From the NCBI GenBank assembly GCA_045598525.1, contig JAZLMH010000003.1, forward strand, positions 23,892 through 87,891: a stretch of 64,000 nucleotides of DNA, read 5' to 3'. The notes under the pieces are model-generated. The model was not told where the DNA came from. It searched no databases and worked only from the letters and a program-made list of their open reading frames with translations. Origin of the DNA: Bacilli bacterium (GTDB lineage Bacteria > Bacillota_I > Bacilli_A > RFN20 > CAG-826). Numbering within the stretch: position 1 is the first letter of the stretch; the number at the start of each line of letters is the position of its first letter. Shown here in pieces: positions 57,411-64,000 of this stretch. Made by a program: the position numbers and the translations under genes.

Positions 57411-57493
57411 GATTATGATTATATCATAGACCTCGTGACTTAATCTTGTAATTTGAGTACTCAAAAAGTTTCTTTGAAGATAAAATATAGGAA

Positions 57494-58417
57494 ATGATTT
57501 TAGTTCAGCCTGTTTGCACATTAACCCCTACTCCTGAAGTTTTAGAAAAAATGAAAGAGTTTTATAGGGATTCGTTCATCGAGAACAACAATCCTTACGT
57601 GGATTTTTTTGCGCAGCAGGAATTGGTTTCGATCACCGCATATAAAAAGAACAAAAAAGGCATAGTCAAAGTCGTTTTCCAAGGCCCTAGAGCCGTTGAT
57701 GAAGCCTCTATTTGGGATGCTTTCGCTAAAAACGAAGCAGTTCAGCCAGAAGCGCCGAAAACAATGATTAGGCAGGCTTTCGCTAATACTTATCCTCAAA
57801 TCGGAAGCGACGAGGTTGGAACAGGCGATTTCTTTGGCCCTATCTGCGTTTGCGCTGCATATGTCACTGAAAGTGACTTAGAGGAAATCGAAAGGCTTGG
57901 CATCACTGATTCAAAAAAGATGACCGATGAATACATAAGAAAAATAGGACCTGAAATCATTCATAGATTTGTTTATTCTCAAATGTCTCTCTCTAACGAG
58001 AAATATAACGAAGTTCATGAAGAGAATAACATGAATAAGATTAAAGCAAGGATGCATAACGCTTGCGTTTTAAATCTTTTGGACAAGTTCCCTAACACTT
58101 CTATATATCAAGATCAATTTGCTGAAGAAAAACTATATTACAAATACCTCAAAGACGAACCAAGGGTTGCTAGAGGCATAACTTTCAGCACAAAAGGAGA
58201 AACGGCTTTCCCTAGTGTTGCTTTAGGAAGCGTCATCGCTCGTTATTCGTTTTTAAGAAAAATGGACGAGCTTAGTAAAAAGTACGCGATGAGATTCCCT
58301 TTTGGAGCCGGAGAGGCTGTTGATAAATTCGCAAAAGAATTCATCGAAAAGTTTGGGGTCGAAGAAATAAAAAAAGTGGCGAAGTGTAACTTCGCCAACT
58401 TCAAAAAGCTTGTTTAA
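57494..58417 (+). CDS. rnhC: Ribonuclease HIII
   Basis: N-terminal TBP-like domain followed by the GSDEVGTGDFFGPICV catalytic motif. Confidence 0.85.
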   Translation: MILVQPVCTLTPTPEVLEKMKEFYRDSFIENNNPYVDFFAQQELVSITAYKKNKKGIVKVVFQGPRAVDEASIWDAFAKNEAVQPEAPKTMIRQAFANTYPQIGSDEVGTGDFFGPICVCAAYVTESDLEEIERLGITDSKKMTDEYIRKIGPEIIHRFVYSQMSLSNEKYNEVHEENNMNKIKARMHNACVLNLLDKFPNTSIYQDQFAEEKLYYKYLKDEPRVARGITFSTKGETAFPSVALGSVIARYSFLRKMDELSKKYAMRFPFGAGEAVDKFAKEFIEKFGVEEIKKVAKCNFANFKKLV

Positions 58418-59334
58418 AGTCCCTCTTTTTCGTGAAGAGTTGATAGAACATCCGTGAAATAGGCAGGGAGTGGGGCCTCAAAACTCACTTCTTTTTTTGT
58501 TCTTGGGTGAATGAATGTGAGTCTATAGGCATGAAGCAGTTGGCCCTCGGTATAGATTTGTCTATTCCCTTGACCATAAAGTGGATCGCCAATAAGAGGA
58601 TGATGGATATAATCAAGATGCACTCTAATCTGGTGAGTTCTTCCTGTTAAGAGCCTGCATGTTACTAAACTAAGATTCTCTTTGTAACGCTTCTCAACAT
58701 GGAAGAAAGTGACTGCCTCGCGTCCGTTATGCGTGTTAACAGCGAACTTAGTTGGCGATTTAGGATCTCTTCCAATAGGTGCGTCAATCTTACCGTTTTC
58801 TTCGTCAATCAAACCAGCAACAAGCGCAATATATTCACGGTGCATTGTGTGGTCTGCAAGCTGACTGGAAAGATAGGCAAGGGCTTCATCGTTTTTAGCA
58901 ATGACAAGACATCCAGAGGTGTCCTTATCAATGCGGTGGACAATTCCCGGGCGAACCGGATCATCATCGTTTGCGAGATTTTCCTGATGATATTTTAAGG
59001 CGTTAACGAGCGTTCCTTCTTGATGTCCATTTCCAGGATGAACAACGAGTCCAGAAGGTTTATTAATGACTAACAAATCTTCATCCTCATAAAGGATATC
59101 AAGAGGAATATTTTCCGCTTCAACTGTTAGTGGTTTATTAGTATATTCTTGGTAGGTTATCACATCGGCAAGTCTTACCTTGTAGTGCGAGTTTACTGCC
59201 TTATCATTCACTAAAACTTTCTCATCTTTGATTAAAGACTGAACCTTACTTCTTGAAGCAGCGGCGCCCGCTTTAAATAAGGCTTCATCAAGTCTTAGAC
59301 CGACTAAATTTTCATTGATAATTAACTTATTCAT
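58414..59334 (-). CDS. rluD: RluA-family 23S rRNA pseudouridine synthase (RluD-like)
   Basis: N-terminal S4 domain and an HRIDKDTSGCLVIAKN motif. The lspA-rluD synteny is conserved. Confidence 0.9.
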   Translation of the reverse strand: MNKLIINENLVGLRLDEALFKAGAAASRSKVQSLIKDEKVLVNDKAVNSHYKVRLADVITYQEYTNKPLTVEAENIPLDILYEDEDLLVINKPSGLVVHPGNGHQEGTLVNALKYHQENLANDDDPVRPGIVHRIDKDTSGCLVIAKNDEALAYLSSQLADHTMHREYIALVAGLIDEENGKIDAPIGRDPKSPTKFAVNTHNGREAVTFFHVEKRYKENLSLVTCRLLTGRTHQIRVHLDYIHHPLIGDPLYGQGNRQIYTEGQLLHAYRLTFIHPRTKKEVSFEAPLPAYFTDVLSTLHEKEGL

Positions 59335-59917
59335 GCTGCCCCTTAATTTTTAACTTTTCCTTAATTTCTCTGACTACCATAATGACAAGCATCAACGCGA
59401 TTCCTACGGTTAGGCAGGAGTCTGCGAAATTGAATATGGCAAAGTCATAACTGCCAAAGAATCTAAAATGAAGGAAATCAACGACACCGCTGAATCCTAC
59501 TGTGCCCTCCCAATAGAATGTGCGGTCGATCGCATTACCAAACGCACCGCCTAAACAAAGAGCAAAAACAACGTCAATCCAAGAGTCATTTTTCTTTAGA
59601 TTTTTAATCCAAAAATAAAGAATTGCGCCGCTTGCGATCCAAGAGATTGCGATGAATACAAATCTCATCCAAGGGACATCTGCGCCAAAGCTAAACGATG
59701 ATCCTAAGTTATAGGTAAGCGTGATAAAGAAGAAATTCGGAATTACCTCCGTACTTCTTCCAGCTACGCCTTGATATGCATTAACAACCGCCCATTTGGT
59801 TAATTGGTCAATGATGACACAAAGAGGAGCGAGCCACAAAAACGAGAAAAAGAAAGATTTAGGAGTAAACTCCCATTTTTTCTCTTTCTTTTGGAAAATT
59901 GGCTTATTTTCTTCCAT
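59327..59917 (-). CDS. lspA: Lipoprotein signal peptidase II
   Basis: NLGSSFSF, GGAFGNAIDR, VVDFL and FNFADS motifs. Its start overlaps the ileS stop (TAATG). Confidence 0.85.
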   Translation of the reverse strand: MEENKPIFQKKEKKWEFTPKSFFFSFLWLAPLCVIIDQLTKWAVVNAYQGVAGRSTEVIPNFFFITLTYNLGSSFSFGADVPWMRFVFIAISWIASGAILYFWIKNLKKNDSWIDVVFALCLGGAFGNAIDRTFYWEGTVGFSGVVDFLHFRFFGSYDFAIFNFADSCLTVGIALMLVIMVVREIKEKLKIKGQHE

Positions 59918-62637
59918 TATTTGACTGCCTCAGCGCATCTATCGCAAAGATGATGGCCATTTTCTCTTTCTTTAACGTCAATTTTAGCGATACGGCAACG
60001 TTCGCAGTTCTCATGGGTTTCCTTTTCGACAAGGACTCCGTTTGCGCCTTCTTTGACGTCTGCTTCGCTAACACCGAATAATCTTGCTAATTCATCTCTT
60101 TCGAGACCGCTAAGGACGTCTAAGAGGCCTTTATCAGATACTGTTAAATGAATCTCCGCTTCAAGAGATGAACCGATCATTCCTTCGTTTCTCTTTTCTT
60201 CAAGAGCTTTAAGGGCTAAGGTTCTAAGTTCTTTGAACTTAGCAAACAACTCTAATTCCTCTTTTGCGTATTTGTGAGATACTTTTGGCATATCTTCTAA
60301 CTGTGGCGATTTCTTGGAAACGCCTGGGATGAATGAATAAACTTCATCCATTGTGAATGAAAGGATTGGGTTATACATTAAACAGAGGTCTTTTGTGAGT
60401 TTATATAAGACATATTGGACGGCTTGTCTTCTTTCTGAAGATGCGTTTTCGCAGTAAAGAACGTCTTTTGTGATATCAAGATAGAAGCTTGAGAGTTCGA
60501 CCATGAAGTTTGTAAGAACCATCTGAACTTTGCTGAATGAGAAGTTCTCATATGCGTTTAAGACGGTGTTCTTAACTTCTTCGAATTGAGCAAGAATCCA
60601 ACGGTCTACAGCCCAGAGTTTTGGTTCATTTTCAGGACAAACATATGCTTTTTCGCCATTTTGGAGGTTGCCAAGCATAAATTTGAAGGTGTTTCTGATC
60701 TTTCTATATTGATCAGCGATGGTTTTGATAATTGATTCGCTGATGGAAACATCCGCTTCGAAATTGACGCTTGATGCCCATAAACGGAGCAAATCAGCGC
60801 CTGATGTATTAGCGACTTTGCTTGGATCGATGCCATTACCTGCGGATTTAGACATCTTTTGCCAGTTCTCATCCATGACCCAACCGTGTGTTAAGCAGGT
60901 TTTGAATGGTGCTTTGCCTGAATAAGCTACGCTTAAGATAAGGGAAGCGTTAAACCATCCACGGTATTGGTCATTGCCTTCAAGATATAAATCTGCTGGA
61001 TATTCTAAGTCCCTTTCGCGAAGAACGCCGTTCCATGAGGAACCAGAATCGAACCAAACGTCCATGATATCTGTTTCTTTACGGAAAGCGCCATTAGGTG
61101 ATTTTTCGTTTTTGTATCCTTCTGGGAGAAGATCTTTTGCCTCTAATTCAAACCAAGCGTTGCTGCCTTTTTCTTTGATGATGTCGCGAATATGGTTGAA
61201 AACTTCTTCCTCAATGATTGGCGTATCGTCTTCATTATAGATAATAGGAAGAGGGACGCCCCAAGTACGTTGACGGGAAATACACCAGTCAGCACGGTCT
61301 TTGATCATGTTGACCATCTTTTCTTCGCCCCATGCTGGTTCCCATTTGATTTGATGGACAGCTTCTAAGAGTTCTTTTCTAATTGGCTCAATTGAGCAGA
61401 ACCATTGTGGTGTTGCGCGGAAAATGACAGGTTTATGGGTTCTCCAGTCGTGTGGATAGGAGTGAACAATATCGATTTCCTTGAGTAAATGTCCGTTTTC
61501 TTTCAAAAGATTGATGACGACTGCGTCGCTATCAGCATAGAAAAGACCATTGATTGGATCATTTTCTTCTGCGTGAACGACGCCTTTTTCATCGATTGGA
61601 CAGGTTGGCCTGATGTTGTATTTAAGACATGCATTAAAGTCATCTGTGCCAAAGTCTGGGGCGATATGGACGCAGCCCGTGCCATCGCCGTCAGTGACAT
61701 ATGCGGCATTGATGATTAATGATGTTCTATCGTATAAAGGATGTTTGACTGTAAGATTCTCAAGCTCTTGGCCATGGAATGACTTAACGAGTTCGCATTT
61801 CTCAAATCCTAAGGTTTCTTCGACTTTTTCTTTAAGAGTCTTGCAGAAAAGGAATGTTCCTTTTTCTGTTTCATATAAGCCATATTCGAACTTAGGGTTA
61901 AGAGCGATGGCTTTGTTATGTGGGATTGTCCAAGGCGTTGTTGTCCAGATAATGACCTTTGAACCGGCTGGGAGCTTATCTCCTCCGTTTTCTACATCGA
62001 AAGCAATATAGAGGGTTCTTGCTTCAACATCCTGGTATTCGACCTCGGCTTCGGCAAGAGCGGATTCGCTGGATGGTGACCAGTAAACAGGTTTTAAGCC
62101 TTTGTAGATGATGCCTCTTAACGCCATCTTGGCAAAGACATCGATCTGTCTTGCTTCGTATTCAGGGAGAAGAGTGAGGTATGGGTTTTCATAATCGCCT
62201 AAGCAACCTAAACGCTTAATCTGGGCTTTTTGCTTAGCGACTTGTTCTTTTGCGTATTCTTTACAAAGGTTACGGAAAGCCGCAACAGACATGGCTTTTC
62301 TGTTAACGCCTGATTTTGTGACCTTGACTTCGATTGGAAGACCATGGGTATCCCAGCCAAAGACGAATGGGGTCTTATAACCGCACATATTCTTATAACG
62401 AACAGTGAAATCTTTTAAAAGGCGGTTAAGCATATGGCCGCAGTGAATATCGCCGTTTGCGTATGGAGGGCCGTCATGAAGAATATATTCTTCGCAGCCT
62501 TCTCTATTCTTATTCATCAAGGCATATAAATCCTCTTCGTGCCATCTTTCAATCATCTTAGGTTCTTTGATTGTGAGGTTTCCTCTCATCTCAAAGCCTG
62601 TGTTTGGCATTAGAAGCGTGTCTCTAAGTTCACTCAT
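59917..62637 (-). CDS. ileS: Isoleucine--tRNA ligase
   Basis: PPYANGDIHCGH (HIGH) and KMSKSAGN (KMSKS) motifs, with a C-terminal Zn finger CERC...CDRC. Confidence 0.95.
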   Translation of the reverse strand: MSELRDTLLMPNTGFEMRGNLTIKEPKMIERWHEEDLYALMNKNREGCEEYILHDGPPYANGDIHCGHMLNRLLKDFTVRYKNMCGYKTPFVFGWDTHGLPIEVKVTKSGVNRKAMSVAAFRNLCKEYAKEQVAKQKAQIKRLGCLGDYENPYLTLLPEYEARQIDVFAKMALRGIIYKGLKPVYWSPSSESALAEAEVEYQDVEARTLYIAFDVENGGDKLPAGSKVIIWTTTPWTIPHNKAIALNPKFEYGLYETEKGTFLFCKTLKEKVEETLGFEKCELVKSFHGQELENLTVKHPLYDRTSLIINAAYVTDGDGTGCVHIAPDFGTDDFNACLKYNIRPTCPIDEKGVVHAEENDPINGLFYADSDAVVINLLKENGHLLKEIDIVHSYPHDWRTHKPVIFRATPQWFCSIEPIRKELLEAVHQIKWEPAWGEEKMVNMIKDRADWCISRQRTWGVPLPIIYNEDDTPIIEEEVFNHIRDIIKEKGSNAWFELEAKDLLPEGYKNEKSPNGAFRKETDIMDVWFDSGSSWNGVLRERDLEYPADLYLEGNDQYRGWFNASLILSVAYSGKAPFKTCLTHGWVMDENWQKMSKSAGNGIDPSKVANTSGADLLRLWASSVNFEADVSISESIIKTIADQYRKIRNTFKFMLGNLQNGEKAYVCPENEPKLWAVDRWILAQFEEVKNTVLNAYENFSFSKVQMVLTNFMVELSSFYLDITKDVLYCENASSERRQAVQYVLYKLTKDLCLMYNPILSFTMDEVYSFIPGVSKKSPQLEDMPKVSHKYAKEELELFAKFKELRTLALKALEEKRNEGMIGSSLEAEIHLTVSDKGLLDVLSGLERDELARLFGVSEADVKEGANGVLVEKETHENCERCRIAKIDVKERENGHHLCDRCAEAVK

Positions 62638-62654
62638 GGTTCTCTCCTTTTTTA

Positions 62655-62865
62655 TAAATAAAAACGCCCAGTCTAAGGGCGCTAAACGCGTGGTACCACC
62701 TTAGTTCGATATTATCGCACTCAAGACTTCATTAACGCAGAAGGTACGCCTTTCCTACTCTAGTTCAGAATGGAGGCTCCGATAGTGATGGGCATCGCGC
62801 GTTGCCCCGTTCTCATCCAGGGGGCTCTCTCATGGTTGCGCTAGCCGCTCTATCATCCTAGCCGC
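62655..62865 (-). promoter_or_regulatory. T-box riboswitch leader (Ile) upstream of ileS
   Basis: On the minus strand: T-box sequence AAGGTGGTACCACGCG (62687-62702), then terminator GCGCCCTTAGAC-TGGGCG plus TTTTTATTT. An AGAGA motif is present. The candidate specifier is AUC-A at 62787-62789. A TATAGT -10 lies at 62870-62875. Confidence 0.85.
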
Positions 62866-62919
62866 CATAACTATAAGTTAGAAATCTTGCTTTTTCAAGT
62901 CAACTTCTTTGAAGTTAGG

Positions 62920-62956
62920 CAGATAAAAGAAAAACCAGGCAACATTGTCCTGGTTT
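62920..62956 (-). terminator. Intrinsic terminator after ftsZ
   Basis: On the minus strand: AACCAGG-acaatgttg-CCTGGTT followed by TTTCTTTTATCT. Confidence 0.7.
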
Positions 62957-62970
62957 CATCGCTTTTTTGA

Positions 62971-64000
62971 TTATTCGCCTTTAAGGAAGTCTGGGAGAAG
63001 ACCATCAGCGATGTCATCGGCGTTAGCGTTGATTTCCGCTTTTGGCTCAACTGGTTTTGGTGCTGGTTCTTCTGGACGAGCGGTGAATCCTTTTCCAAGA
63101 TCCTCTTTCTTTGGCATGGTGAACTGTGGGGTGTTAGAGAAATCAACGCCTTCGATGAAGTCGCTAGCAATGACGCTTACGACAATCAAATCTTCAAGAT
63201 TTGGGTTGATGGACACACCAAATTTAATATCGATTGCGCCACCTGCTTGGGCGTTGATCCTATTAACGCATTCCTGAGCTTCATAGAGCGTGACGTTGTT
63301 ACCGCATGTGACGGCGCAGATTGCTCGTCTTGCCCCTGAGATTGATGCTTCAAGAAGAGGTGAGTTGATTGCGTTTTCAGCTGCTTCGGCGGCTTTATTT
63401 GGGCCAGTGCCGGTTCCATAGCCGATTAAGGCGATGCCGCTTGCTTTGAGGGTGCTCTTAACGTCTGCGAAGTCAAGGTTCATCATGGCTGGAACAAGGA
63501 TTAAGTCAGCGACAGTTCTTACTGATTGAGAGAGAATGCCATCACTTTCAGAAAAAGCCATGTTGATTGGAGCGTTTCCGCTAGACATAAGGAGTTTGTC
63601 ATTGCTGACAATGATTATTGAGTCGACTGCGTCTTTAAGGTTATTTAGACCCTGTACGCTATTTTCGATACGTTTTGGTCCTTCGAATGTGAATGGGCGG
63701 GTGACGATAGCAACGGTTAAGCAGCCAGCGTCTTTTGCGATACGCGCGATAACTGGAGCGGCGCCTGTGCCTGTGCCTTTACCCATACCAGCTGCGACGA
63801 AGACCATATCTGCGTCTTTGACAATATCAAGGATTGTATCTCTAGAAGCTTCAGCGGCGGCTTTTCCGACTGCTGGATCTCCGCCTGCGCCTAAGCCTTT
63901 TGTGATTTCTTCACCGATGACGATGCGGTGAGGAGCTTTTGATGAGGCTAAAGCTTGCTTGTCGGTATTACAAACATAGAATTCGACGTTTTGGATATTC
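62971..64000 (-). CDS. ftsZ: Cell division protein FtsZ (the N-terminus lies beyond the window end)
   Basis: GMGKGTGTGAAPVIA tubulin signature and the C-terminal conserved peptide LPDFLKGE. The reading frame stays open upstream of the track Met to position 64000 (…NTDKQALASSKAPHRIVIGEEITKGLGAGGDP…). Confidence 0.95.
   Translation of the reverse strand, partial: NIQNVEFYVCNTDKQALASSKAPHRIVIGEEITKGLGAGGDPAVGKAAAEASRDTILDIVKDADMVFVAAGMGKGTGTGAAPVIARIAKDAGCLTVAIVTRPFTFEGPKRIENSVQGLNNLKDAVDSIIIVSNDKLLMSSGNAPINMAFSESDGILSQSVRTVADLILVPAMMNLDFADVKSTLKASGIALIGYGTGTGPNKAAEAAENAINSPLLEASISGARRAICAVTCGNNVTLYEAQECVNRINAQAGGAIDIKFGVSINPNLEDLIVVSVIASDFIEGVDFSNTPQFTMPKKEDLGKGFTARPEEPAPKPVEPKAEINANADDIADGLLPDFLKGE

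Noticed and set aside
57452-57465. A perfect 14-bp palindrome (TTTGAGTACTCAAA) in the divergent mutS2/rnhC promoter region, considered as a possible operator or SOS box.
   Set aside because: It does not match the Firmicutes LexA (Cheo) box GAAC-N4-GTTC. Several 14-bp palindromes are expected by chance in 64 kb. No similar site lies upstream of dinB, uvrC or ruvA.
57411-57521. N-terminal extensions in the ORF track for mutS2 (37 aa), radC (25 aa), lon (6 aa), secDF (8 aa), aspS (5 aa) and the 52374-53114 membrane protein (13 aa).
   Set aside because: The extensions start at non-ATG codons or lack an RBS. The internal ATGs align with the family N-termini or follow strong GGAGG sites.
1-64000. 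A search for CRISPR arrays, IS or transposase genes, toxin-antitoxin pairs, restriction-modification genes or other defence genes, and for UGA-as-Trp recoding.
   Set aside because: No spaced direct repeats, transposase or nuclease/methylase gene pairs were seen. All long ORFs are intact under the standard code, and UGA terminates dinB and the small ORF before radC.

Overview
This is a 64-kb chromosomal window from a low-GC Firmicutes/Mollicutes-lineage genome. UGA is used as a stop codon (dinB, and the small ORF before radC), so the genome uses the standard code 11. All gene calls rest on motif recognition by eye, because no searches were possible. Coding density is very high, with about 60 genes, and almost all are housekeeping. 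They cover topoisomerase IV, the yqeG-yqeH-yhbY-nadD/yqeK-rsfS ribosome-assembly operon, dinB, dxs, xseAB, nusB, tkt, aspS, hisS, relA, recJ, secDF, ruvAB, obg, rplU-prp-rpmA, radC, valS, lon, tig, uvrC, mutS2, rnhC, rluD, lspA, ileS and ftsZ. Gene order is a compacted version of Bacillus subtilis synteny; for example mreBCD-minCD are absent between radC and rplU. RNA and regulatory elements found are one tRNA-Arg(UCU), two T-box leaders (valS, ileS), a probable L21 leader, a CIRCE operator upstream of lon, and several intrinsic terminators. Transcription converges at 8.26-8.97 kb, with + strand genes on the left and almost only - strand genes for 55 kb on the right. That AT-rich gap holds a 28-bp dif-like site next to a Xer recombinase gene, so the window probably spans the replication terminus. 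The only accessory-looking stretch is 43.7-53.1 kb, between tig and the tRNA. It holds a hypothetical protein, a HAD hydrolase, TetR, a frameshifted lipoprotein nuclease, arsR plus a P1B-ATPase, an ABC-2 exporter, a hydrolase and a membrane protein. I found no CRISPR array, IS element, prophage, toxin-antitoxin pair or recognisable defence system. The most unusual observations are: (i) a 49-aa Cys/His-rich tandem-repeat tail on HisRS, (ii) a T8 tract that uncouples a lipoprotein signal peptide from an EEP-family nuclease, which suggests phase variation, (iii) the dif/Xer terminus module, and (iv) an ArsR repressor with an inserted 8-Cys cluster.
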